A stretch of 64,000 bases of DNA, taken from the NCBI RefSeq assembly GCF_006345805.1, contig NC_043004.1, positions 10,912,001 through 10,976,000 of the forward strand, read 5' to 3'. This stretch comes from Octopus sinensis (Eukaryota). Each line of letters opens with the position of its first letter. The stretch's first letter is position 1. A program made the translations under genes and the position numbers. Below the pieces are notes generated by a model, which had not been told where the DNA came from, made no database searches, and worked only from the letters and a program-made list of their open reading frames with translations. Below, one piece after another: positions 27,391 through 38,721 of the stretch.

Positions 27391-27620
27391 CTGGCAGGAT
27401 CGAATGCTTAGCAGCATTTCGTCCCCCCCCTCTACGTTCAAAATTTTCATTACGCGAAGATAAAGTTTGCATTTAATCCTGTCGGAGGTCGATGAAAAAA
27501 AACGTAAAAGTTATGGAAAATTACCAGTTCTATGATACAAGTACCACTGGAATTCGATGTAATCCACTAACCTCCCTAGCTCAAAATTTCAGGATTTGTG
27601 CCCGTAGTAGAAGGTTTTAT
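27391..27620 (+). mobile_element. Degenerate SINE family 1
   Basis: ctggcaggatcg..atgcttagcagcatttcgtcc...gtcggaggtcgat...caagtaccactgg. Confidence 0.55.
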
Positions 27621-27885
27621 TATTATATCAGAAAATATTATTTTTATCATTGTAGAAAGGGTTGAAATTAATCTGGCAAGCAGGCTTTTATCTGTAAACG
27701 CAACAAAATCTACCGAAATATGAATTACACCGTACAACGAATTTCAGGGTCAAGAAAACAAATGCGTAGTTCTCATGCATATTTTATTATGAAGTTCAAT
27801 CTGTTAAATTCGAATTCTATAACAAAATTTCCCATCACGTCACATTTTCTTGTAAATCACAGACTTAATAACTATACAATATATC

Positions 27886-28035
27886 AGGCAGTGAGCTAGT
27901 AGAAACGTTAGGACGCTGGGCGAAATGCTTAGCGGTATTTCATCTGTCTTTACGTTCTAAGTTCAAATTCCGCCGAGGTCGACTTTGCTTTCATCTTTTC
28001 GGGTTCGATAAATTAAGTACTAGTTGCATACTGGC
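27886..28035 (+). mobile_element. SINE family 1 (3'-truncated)
   Basis: aggcagtgagctagtagaaacgttagg...gagg tcgactttgc...gataaattaagtac. Confidence 0.75.
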
Positions 28036-28431
28036 GTTGATAATAACGAGGTCACCACTATGAGGTAAATATTTCCTGTCTGTTCTCTTCATCATACTGG
28101 ATCGAACCTATTGTAAGCGTATTCTCTCGAATCATCCGCATAATATGCTCCACCTTTTGAAATTTAGAGCGATCTTCCTTTTCGAATGGAACTAAAAATG
28201 TCTATGAAGACTTGGTCGAAGAGGAGAATTTCTGTATCCATACATATCACTTTCTTTCAATTCAACGGACGATTATCACAATGTCTTCGCCCCACACCCG
28301 ATTTTATTTGGTTTTAAATTAGTATACTTGATTTGATTTGATTTTAACCTCACATTTCTCCCTGTATCTCTATATTTGATTTTTTAATACATTTTCCAAT
28401 ACATTTCTCTCACTGTGCCTTAGTTTTTTTC

Positions 28432-28723
28432 ACCCTTTTCAAGCCAAGCCAAGCTAGGCTCATGGGCCCGGTTTCCCAGTTTCTGTGGCGTATGTGTACC
28501 TCCAAGCCGGACCGGACGCAAGTCCATCGTAGCGTTACTGAAGAAACAGGAAGAGATAGTGAAAGAAAGTTGGGGCGAAAGAGTACAACAGGGATCGCCA
28601 CCTTCAGGAGCTTTGTGGAGCTTTAGGTGTTTTCGCTCAATAAACACACACAACGCCCGGTCTGGGAATCGAAACCGCGATCCTCCGACCGCGAGTGCGC
28701 TGCCCTAACCACTGGGCCATTGC
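28432..28723 (-). mobile_element. SINE with the family 3 head and body but a different 3' part
   Basis: ~28543-28723 aligns with the 9.33-9.52 kb copy (gaaacaggaag...gccctaaccactgggccattgc). 28432-28542 does not match that copy's tail. Confidence 0.75.
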
Positions 28724-28756
28724 TTCATGTATATGTGATCAATGTCTGCACCTGGA

Positions 28757-28935
28757 TGGCGATAAACTGGCAGAATCGTTAGCTCGCCGGGCGACATAAG
28801 TCGCTGTGTTTCTTCCGCTACGTTCTGAGTTCAAATTCCGCTGCGGTCTACTTTATCTTTCATCCTTTCGGGGTCGATAAATTAAGTACCAGTGAAGCAC
28901 TGAGGCCGATTAATCAACTAATCCCCTCCTCCACT
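28757..28935 (+). mobile_element. SINE family 1
   Basis: Head ggcgataaactggcagaatcgttagc and core ctttcatcctttcggggtcgataaattaagtaccag. Confidence 0.75.
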
Positions 28936-29083
28936 ATTTAGGTACCCAGCAATTATTTAAGTATCCAATAATTAAGTACTAGTGAAACACTCGGGCCGAT
29001 GTAATCGACATTACCCCTTCCCCAAATGGCTGCCCTTGTGGCAAAATTTGAAACCATTATTATGATTATTATTATCATCATTA

Positions 29084-29280
29084 ACGTAGCGAGATGACAG
29101 AATCGTTAGCACGCAGGGTATAATGCTTAGCGGTATTTCGCCAGTCGTTACGTTCTGTGTTCAAACACTGCAAAGGCCGACTTTTTCTTTCATCATTTCG
29201 GGGTCGATAAATTAAGTACCAGTGAAACAGTGGGGCCGATGTAATCGACTTTACCCCTTCTCCAAATCATATGTCCCCTT
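29084..29280 (+). mobile_element. SINE family 1, preceded and followed by (ATT)n
   Basis: Head gcgagatgacagaatcgttagcacg and the family core; (ATT)n at 29056-29082 and 29295-29342. Confidence 0.75.
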
Positions 29281-29340
29281 CGACGGGAGAGTCCATTATT
29301 ATTATCATTATTAAGATTATTATTATCATTATTATTATTA

Positions 29341-29717
29341 TTCAGTAGTTTTATTTTTATAGCGTGCTTTCACTTCACTACCGAGCGCAGCTCTGTGTGC
29401 CTTGGGTATGTGCTGTGGTTTGTTGTGATGCTCTGATGGTTATTGTATGGAAAGTGTTCTGCGTAGGATGTGTGCAGTGCCTAGTAGTGCAAATTTCTGT
29501 ATGCTATATGTCTTTGTAAGTCCTGGTGTTTTTGTTATGTATTTGTCTGAATATTTTTTATCATGCCTAATGCACCTACTATGATAGGAATTGTTTCTAT
29601 TTTTAGATTCCACATTCTGGTTACCTCTATTTCCAGGTCTTTGTATTTTGAAAGTTTCTCCATTTCTTTTAGAGACACATTGTCATCTGCTGGTATTGAT
29701 ACATGAATTAGAAAGCA
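29341..29717 (-). mobile_element. R4/Dong-clade 3' end, lineage B (RLE C-terminus plus 3' UTR)
   Basis: CFLIHVSIPADDNVSLKEMEKLSKYKDLEIEVTRMWNLK...IIVGALG. The 3' UTR is near-identical to 51008-51200 and ends in (TAA)n on the element strand. Confidence 0.9.
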
Positions 29718-29721
29718 TTCA

Positions 29722-32430
29722 TGTACGAGATCAATAGCAAATTTTTTGCTTTCCTTTTTGATAGAATGAAGCTTCTTTCGTCTCTCGTGATTTTCCACGA
29801 GCTTTAGCATCCAGGCATTCGTTATTTCAAGATATTTGGCCAGTCCAATTGTGGTTGTTTTGTAAGGTTGTTCAAATTCGATCAGGCCTCGACCTCCTTG
29901 GGCTCTGGGAAGGTAAAGGCGATCTACGTCTGCCTTTGGGTCGTGCATCCTATTACAACTCAGCAGCTTGCGTATTTTGATATCTATATTCTTTACTTCA
30001 CTCATATTCCAGTTCAACACATTGTAGCTATAAGTAACAACTGGAACTGCTAAGGAATTTATAGCTAACACCTTGTTACGTGCATTTAGTTCAGATTTCA
30101 GGACTTCACGAACTCTCCTATAACATTCCTTCCTGATCTTCTCTTTCATGCTTGCATGCTGAATACCAGAGCCTTCATTTATCCCTAAATATTTGCATGT
30201 TTGTTCTTGCTCAAGCTCTCTTACGACTGTGTCAACATCTAACACGACTGAATTTGTGGTCTTCACTTTCCCTTTCTGGAAAGTGGCCTTAGCACACTTC
30301 TCAAGTCCAAACTCCATCCCAATGTCATCGCTGAATGCTTTCACAGTACGCAATAGGCCTTCAAGTTCATTATTGTCTTTACCATAGAGTTTTAAGTCAT
30401 CCATATAAAATAGATGGCTTATTTTTTTATTGGCAATTTTATACCCAACCCTGTTCTATTTAATTCATCTGTAAGGGGTATTAGGGCTATTCAGAATATT
30501 AAAGGTGAAAGTGAGTCACCTTGAAAAATTCCACAGTTGATGTTTATATTTTCTGAGGCAAGTACTTCATTAGAGTGGTATAATTGGAGATTCCTATTCC
30601 ACAACGACATATTGTGCTTCAGGAAATTTTGAAGATGTCCAGCGATCTCAAGATCCATGGGTGCGGTATACTGTCGAAGGCCTTTTTATAGTCAATCCAT
30701 GCGGAGCTGACATTTCTGCGCTTGTTGTGACAGTTCTCAAGGATCATACGATTAATTAGCAGTTGATCTTTGCATCCGTATGAGCCTCGGCGGCACCCGT
30801 TTTGTTCAATGGGGAAAATATCGTTCTTCTCCATATGTTTTCTCCGCCGGGATAGATGTTAGGATTTTATACGTGGTGGATAGACAGGTTATAGGCCGAT
30901 AGTTTTTTGGAAGGTTGGTTTCGTTATTCTTTGGGAGTAGGTAAATAATACCACTTGCTAACCATTCAGGTGTTTTCTTTGGGTCTGTCATAATTCCATT
31001 GAGCAGCTGAACTAGCTTACCGTGTGCGAATGGGAGCGATGCGAGCCAGACATTCGGCACCCTATCTTTACCGGGGGATTTCCAATTATGGGCCTTCGTG
31101 AGTGCCTTTCTTAGGTCTGCTATTGTGATGTCTTCCCATGCTTGTTGTTGTAACTTTTGGTAGGATCCTTCAGTTTGTATAATCCAGTCTGCATTTATGT
31201 TGTACGTCTTCTCGTCACTCCAAATCCTTTTCCAAAAGTTTTGAACTTCTTCCATGGGAGGGGGTCTTTAACGGTTACTTTCTCCTTCCCTATTTCTCTG
31301 TAGAAGTTTTTGGCATTGGATGTGAACAGCTTATTTTGCTTGTAAAACTTGTTTCTCTTCTCAAATCTTCGTATTCTTTGGGCTTTTGTTTGGACTTTTT
31401 GTTTCCGCGTTTGTTTTATTGATATCAGTTCTTCTCTTGGTGAGGATCAAAATTTTCTCTTCATCTTTCTTCCTGTTCTGGATCTTACATCATTTCCACA
31501 TATTAGTTCATTTAATATTGATATTTCCCCTCTCATAAATTCAATCTCTTTTTCAATTTTACTTCTCCAGGTTTGATTTCTTCCCAGGTTTGGTTTTCTT
31601 TGTTTTTTCGGGGGTATACAGCTGGTTTCAATTGCCCTAGCAGAAGCGTAAATAATTCATTTAACTCAGTAAAATCAGGTTTTAATTTTTGTTTATTTCA
31701 TTGTTACGTAGTTGCCAATTTGGATTTGTTTTTTTATTTGGTTTGTATTTGAGAGTTTATGAAGTGGTCTCTATCATTCATACTTGTATGTCTTACAACT
31801 TCAAGCGTATTCAGGATTTTCTGCCTCATTTCTGCCATAGACTCTCTGTGTTCTTCAGCAAATGCGAGATCTTCAGTTACTGTTGTTTTATCATTTTCCT
31901 GGCTATCTTTAACAGGTTCAATAGAATTTCTTGTATCTCAGGCCTTTGCGTACTTTGGTCAGATGGCAGTCTTTCAATTAAGCCTCGTGGCGGGCTATAC
32001 TGTTCATCTGATTCTTCATTTCCTTTGTGTCTTATATTTATGTCATTTTCCGTTGCGTGCTTGATCGCGCTATTTCACTGTCTGTGAGTCTGTTATTTCT
32101 AAGGATATCCCTCCTCACATTTGCCAATTTGTTCTCGTCCAAATAGGCCTACTGTCTTGATTCCGTGTTCTCCATATACTGTAAGAGTTTGCGGTGTGTC
32201 CTCTTGAGATGGCCTACCTAATGCATGTAATAAGCGTATATTACTTCTTTATATTCTTCTCGGGTCCATTTGTTCCGCTTACATTTTTCTTTCTGTGGTG
32301 GTTGTGGTGGTGAACTTGGAGGGCTCGAGTTGGGGAATTTCCCGTTCAAGTGACCATCCATGTCCGTATTCGGAGATGCATTTGTCCCAGTTGATGACTT
32401 TTCGATCCTAGTCTGGCTCTTCCCTGGGAG
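29722..32430 (-). mobile_element. R4/Dong-clade retrotransposon, lineage A: N-terminus through RT/thumb, frameshifted
   Basis: N-terminal RNKWTREEYKEVIYAYY (~32270); RT motifs WKSPGKD, NYRPITCL, QNGCRRGSYGCKDQL, WIDYKKAFDS, QGDSLSP, YMDDLK; then KYLG and LYLPRAQGGRGL. Over 159 shared residues it differs from the 49.1-kb copy at 10 positions. Confidence 0.92.
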
Positions 32431-32744
32431 AAGAAGAAAAAAGCATAAAAGCTCACAGTTAAACTTGCCGATGTTGTAGAAATAAGTCCATAAGTGTGCA
32501 ATGGCTCTGTAACTACAGTCTCGGCTACATTGTTAGAACCTTACTAATCCGTTGCAGCCTATCTAATCATGAAGATCACCTGTGAACTAAACGCCCCTAG
32601 TATGTATGTATGTATGTATGCATGTATGTATGTATGTATGTAGTATGTATGTATGTATGTATGTATGTATGTATGTATGTATGTATGATATAGATAGTAT
32701 GAGTGTAAAATGTATGTATGTATATAAGTATATATATATATATT

Positions 32745-32812
<68 letters not shown>

Positions 32813-32916
32813 TTATATACATACATACATTTATACACACATACATACATATATACGTATGTATATATATATATTCACGCTGCAAAATCTGGATTTTAAT
32901 TTCGTATTTATCACAG

Positions 32917-32931
32917 CTGGTCAACGTAAAG
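32917..32931 (+). other. Candidate 15-nt microexon of an unidentified host gene
   Basis: tttaatttcgtatttatcacag|CTGGTCAACGTAAAG|gtatgt: good acceptor and donor, and a length divisible by 3. No transcript evidence is available. Confidence 0.25.
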
Positions 32932-33097
32932 GTATGTGAAACTCTCAGTAACTGTTTTGTAAAAATTTTGCATATTTAATAAAACCATATTGCTCTACCT
33001 TTGGTATTTGATCTCTATCTTTTCAACCTACTTTTGCATTTATGTATCTAATTGCATATGTATGTATATATCACATCTCTCTCTCTCTCCTCTCTCA

Positions 33098-33144
<47 letters not shown>

Positions 33145-33182
33145 ATTATCTCTCTCTCTCTCTCTCTCTCCTCTCTCTCTGA

Positions 33183-33214
<32 letters not shown>

Positions 33215-33215
<1 letters not shown>

Positions 33216-34295
33216 TGTAAAAAATGAAGTTCGAAACTGCTGCTATATTATACAATTTTTATTTTTATATATACATATAACATGTTTCAGTTCCTGAAAT
33301 GAACCTTATCAAAAACATTATATATAAAAAAAGACAGCTCATGCCGTCAAACACAAGAAATTCATTTATAATACACAACGGAGTCAGACATCTTAGAGTT
33401 CATGTATAGTTGAATATAGTTTGAAGTAAGTTCATTAATGCTATATGTTCAAAGTGTTCGATGCAGTGGCCCACGGTGGCGATACGTATCAATACAAAAA
33501 ACAGATCAAATGGTGGAAAGCAGTCAATACAGAAGATTGATGTTTCCGAAAGAGCGAGGAATTCATTTTTACCTTAAGCAATTGTGATGACCATGGTGGG
33601 TGTTCGCTGGGTGGTTCTAGTGAGTTTTGTGAAGTGCTCGGTTTTATAATGCCTGTTAGGTGGTCAATCCAGCGTAGTGTGACGTCATCAACGTTTTGAC
33701 CAATCGTTCGTTAGGTGGCTTTAGTCAAGCAGAACGGGACGTCATCATCATTTTGACCAATCGCTGCATTATAACTGCCTCTTGTTTGTTTCCTGTTTTG
33801 ACCAGGCCGCTTCGTTCGTCAAGCAGAACGGGACGTCATCCAGATTTCTGCCAAAATCAAGACTTATAGCTACATTAGATCTGCCCCCTGTCTGTACTTG
33901 TTAGGTGACTAGTCAAGCAGAAAAGGACGTCATCAATATTCTGACTAATGACTGTCCCCGTGTATCCTGTCCATTCTAGCAGAGCTAGACGTCATCAACT
34001 TGTTGACCAATCAGAATCGGGTCTGACCCTAGCTGTATCGTATGTATCAGGGTCAGCGAGTGTCTGTTTAAGGTAGCGGCCGTGGTGGAATTTTGCTTCT
34101 CCTTTTCGGAGGACTTATCTTTTGTTTTAGTATTCCTGGCCCAGGTGTTTAAACTTGGTCTAAAATTTTTTTATGAAATATAGTTCTTTATTTTGGCGTT
34201 GTGTGAAGGTTGCGTTGTCACTGAATTTATAGAGCGGGTTAGTTGTAAATTTCGGATTTACATTTCCAGCACATCTATCTATGTGTCCGCTGACC
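33215..34295 (-). mobile_element. Penelope-like element 3' end (GIY-YIG C-terminus plus pLTR/3' UTR), flanked by (TA)n
   Basis: Minus strand ~34290-34145 reads VSGHIDRCAGNVNPKF...RQNKELYFIKKF(1-nt fs)RPSLN, matching the R..KE..FI..F.P.LN ending typical of PLE GIY-YIG domains. It is followed by a repeat-rich UTR with a hammerhead-like motif near its end. Confidence 0.7.
33680..34011. promoter_or_regulatory. Array of CRE-like (GACGTCA) plus CCAAT modules inside the PLE UTR
   Basis: GACGTCA at 33681, 33738, 33832, 33926 and 33988. CCAAT at 33700, 33757 and 34007, and CTAAT at 33945, each 19 nt downstream of a GACGTCA. Function is inferred only. Confidence 0.45.
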
Positions 34296-34324
34296 GGTAT
34301 TTTATATATATATATATATATTAT

Positions 34325-34355
<31 letters not shown>

Positions 34356-34372
34356 TATATATACTATATAGT

Positions 34373-34406
<34 letters not shown>

Positions 34407-34495
34407 TTATATACGTATGTATGTATACATATATGTTTGCGTGTATGAGTGCGTGTACATGCATGTAAGTATGCAAATATATATGCATATGTATA

Positions 34496-34610
34496 TGTGT
34501 GGTAAGTAGCTTGCGTGGTACCTTGGGCAAGTGTCTTCTACCATAGCCTTGTGAGTAGATTTGGTAGACGGAAACTGAAAGAAGCCCATCGTATATATAT
34601 GGTGTGTGTG

Positions 34611-34648
<38 letters not shown>

Positions 34649-34840
34649 TCTCCCCAACATCGCTTCACGACAGACACTGGTGTGTTTACGACCCCCTAAT
34701 TTAGCGCTTCGGCAAAAGAGACCGATAGAATAATTATGAGGCTAAGAAAAAGAAATCCTGGGGAAGATTTGTTCGACGAAAGGCGGTGCTCCAGCATGGC
34801 CGTAGTCAAATGACTAAAACAAGTAAAAGAATATAAGAGT
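34496..34840 (+). mobile_element. SINE family 2 (head internally deleted)
   Basis: gtgtggtaagtagcttgc|gtggtaccttgggcaagtgtcttc...ggcggtgctccagcatggccgtagtcaaatgactaaaacaagtaaaag. Confidence 0.8.
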
Positions 34841-34916
34841 ATATATATATATGACTACATATATAACATTTTTATAAACACACATACAAACATGTAGATA
34901 GATAGATCGATCGATC

Positions 34917-34947
<31 letters not shown>

Positions 34948-34956
34948 GGATAGATG

Positions 34957-34997
<41 letters not shown>

Positions 34998-35025
34998 GTA
35001 GATAGGTAGATGGATAGATAGATAG

Positions 35026-35056
<31 letters not shown>

Positions 35057-35648
35057 CATACATACATACATACGCATGTAGGTACATACATGCAAAACTA
35101 GGTTGAAAAGATAGAAATCGAATATCAAGGGTAGAACAATATGTATACATATATATCTATGTATATATACATACATATATGTGCTTGTGTTTGTGTGTGT
35201 GTTTGTATGTGTGAATAATGTATGTATACATATATTTTTTCTTTGTGTATTTTTAAACGTAATCTGTATGTGCAAGCGTGTGTCTCTTAAAACTACCTGT
35301 CTCCCTGGCCTACTGCCGGAATATCCATGCTTGTATTGCCATACTGAAACGAAATTCGTACAAAGTCATACCGCGTTAAGTATTATGACAATGTTTAGAG
35401 CAAAGAGATATATTACATCCGAAGTATTCTCATTAATCACACAAGGAAGGCATCGGTTGTTTGAAGTACCGCTTTATTGGTGTACACCTGCTGGTTGATT
35501 TCCTCTGTTACCTCTAGCCGTACCCAATTCCGATTTTCATGTTGCCGTCAAACACATGGTCGCCGTTTTATCGAAGTTATAACGCTGAAAAATTACTTAC
35601 AAATAAATAGCTGTTGCTACAACTGCTGGGGGTACTACTGCTGCTCCT

Positions 35649-35975
35649 GTGGATGATGACGACGATGATGATGATGATGATGATGATGATTATGATGATG
35701 ATGATGATGACGATAATGACGATGATGATTATGATGACGATAATGACGATGATGATGATGATGAGGATGATGACGACGACGACGACGACGACGGCAACGA
35801 TGATGATGATGATGATGATGATGATGTTGATGATGATGAGGATGTTGAGGATGATGATGATGATGATGACGACGACGACGATGATGATGACGATGACGAT
35901 GATGATGATGACGACGACGATGATGATGATGACGACGACGATGATGATGATGACGATGACGATGATGATAATGAT
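35649..35975. repeat. Compound (GAT/GAC)n trinucleotide array
   Basis: Directly visible; it produces the poly-D/M/S/I ORFs. Confidence 0.95.
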
Positions 35976-37045
35976 GGTATTCTTGCTGAATTCACACGTC
36001 TCGAACAAACTATGGCTATGCATGGATATTAACGCATGACTGTATGTGTGCGTGTGCATATGCATACACGTATGTCCATAAGTACACGTGCACGTGTGTA
36101 TAAAAGAATTGTTTCTCATAGACCCCAAGATATGACCGGTAATTTATTATATCGAATCGTGGTTAAATGAAAGGCAACAGTGCACCTCCCCACAAACCAA
36201 CAAAGAATGAAAACCCTTGAGTGTAAAGTGCAGTTTTATGACTTAGAGTTCGCTTCTCAGCGTTGTATGTCCTCTTAACAAGTTATTTATATATATATAT
36301 ATATATGATATATATATATATATATGGTTATATATCTGCATAATATACACACTCACAACATGTATGTTATTATATTATTGTATGTATGTATTTATGTTTA
36401 TATATATATACAATTATATATATATATATATGTATAATATATATATATATATATACATGGTGGCTGTGCGGTGAGCAGCTTCCTTGGAACGACATCTGTT
36501 TCAATGCCACTGCATGGCACATTGGGTAAGTGGCTTTCTGTGTGCGTGTGTGCGTGCGCGCGTATGGGTGTGTATGTGTGTGCATCTGTGTATGTATGTG
36601 AGGGTGTCTCAAGCAGTGACACATGTTGTATAACAGCGTGACAACCGGAAAGTATACCAGAAAATTCAATTCTTTGAAAAACTGGAAAGAAAGGTCTTTT
36701 TCGTACCCACGGTGTAGTTAATACACACACGCACATATACATATGCATAAACGTGTATATATGATATAAAAAAAACATATATATCTATCTATAATATATA
36801 TAATATATATATATATATAAATACATATAGTATATAGGATTACATATCTATCTAATCTATATATATTTACAGATAGGTTACACAATTAAATTCAGATATA
36901 TGTAGTAATATAATATATATATATAATATATAAATATATATCTATATATATATATAGATTATACATATATTATTTTAATTGTGTATATATCTGTATATAA
37001 TCTATATATATAATATATATAGATAATAGATATCTATATATATAT

Positions 37046-37079
<34 letters not shown>

Positions 37080-37894
37080 ATATATATCTATATATATATA
37101 TATATATATAGATATATATATATATATACATTTATATATATATATATGTATATATAGATATATACATATGTACATATGTACAAAAATGTACATTGTTTTG
37201 TCTGGGTATAAAAGATGGGCTACAGCAAATATTCTGTCGTAGATATATACAGATACATACACAGAGATAGCTAGCTAGCTAGATAGCTAGATAGAAAGAT
37301 CGATAGACAGAAGCATATACAGACAATCTAGGTAGTAAATCGAATGTTAAGAATATTTTAAAGGGTAGTAAATTACGTTCAGCAGAATAATGATCGGAAA
37401 GATTGCTGTGTTTGATCTTCATGTCAATAGGGGCCCCTCCTTCTATTGTGAAGAGTATTCTTTTGTTGCAAAAAGACACTATCTCTATTGTTTGTTTGCT
37501 ATCTGCCTTAGTATAAGTGACCTAAACGTGATCCTTTGGGACTTAAACAATCTGTGGATTTCGTTACATTCATAATGTCAACTGAACCAATAGTATATAT
37601 TTCACAAACATAAATATATAATATATACGCATCGAATGATATACCATATATATCCATACCTACCTACCTACCTACCCACATACCCACTTACCTACGTACC
37701 GACCTACCTACATGCCTCCCTACCTACCAACCAACCTACCTACATACCTGCCTACCTACCAACCAACCAACCAACCTTCCTACATACCTGCCTACCTACC
37801 TACCTACCTACCTACCTACCTACCTACATACATACATATATACTAACATAGACAAATACATACATGTGTTGCGGCTTGTATGTCTCTCTGTGTG

Positions 37895-37942
<48 letters not shown>

Positions 37943-38134
37943 GTGTGTGTGTGTGAGTGACTGTGTGTGTGGATACGATACACACTTAGATATATCCATA
38001 TCTATACAATTTTTAAAGGACAAATAGCGCAGCAACAAGTGTTTAATTGGTAAAGGGCACAGTATTGGTGCATGGTCAAGATAAATATACGCAGCAAAAA
38101 CTTGCGCCCTTTCCAGTGAAGCTTTATACATTCA

Positions 38135-38168
<34 letters not shown>

Positions 38169-38348
38169 CATACATACATACATACATACATACAAAAATA
38201 CGTTGCTGTCGGAATTCCAATGAAGTAGCCTTGGGTCTTGGTTAGAAACCGGCTCCTTCTCTATTGGCAAGCAATCTTGAAATATAACTGCATGACACAC
38301 ATGCATACACACACACACACTCTGACACGTGTACATATATATATATAT

Positions 38349-38721
38349 ATCAACTCGACTCCGTCGGTCACGAGTGACCAGGGCTGCACCTAAGGGGTTC
38401 CTCTCCGGGGTAAATGTCTGGGGAGAATGTTTCCTCACCGGCGAACTCACAATTCTAGGGGCGTTTTTATGGAAGATCATGAGTCGCCCATGCATAGGAG
38501 CTTCGCCTCTCTATACCACCGATGTTATCCAAGGGAAAGGCAAAGGCCGATAGAGCTTGGCACCAGTGATGTCGCAACTCAACTTTACAGCCGAGTGAAC
38601 TGGATCAGCGTGAAATACAGTGCCTTGCTCAAGAACACAACACGCAGCCCGTTCTGGAACTTAACTCACAACCTCACAGTCTTAAGCTCGATGCTCTAAC
38701 CACTGAGCCATGCGCCTTCAC
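38349..38721 (-). mobile_element. Full-length tRNA-derived SINE (family 4)
   Basis: Minus-strand head gtgaaggcgcatggctcagtggttagagcatc followed by tgttcttgagcaaggcactg (CORE-like central domain, from memory). Related to 57279-57545. Confidence 0.7.

Noticed and set aside
33660-34020. CRISPR-like repeat-spacer appearance of the GACGTCA modules
   Set aside because: The repeats are degenerate and irregularly spaced, lie within a eukaryotic retroelement UTR, and there are no cas genes.
35577-36128. Poly-Asp/Met/Ser/Ile ORFs (also at 26938-27450 and 48720-49161)
   Set aside because: Pure trinucleotide arrays open in most frames, with no flanking coding signal.
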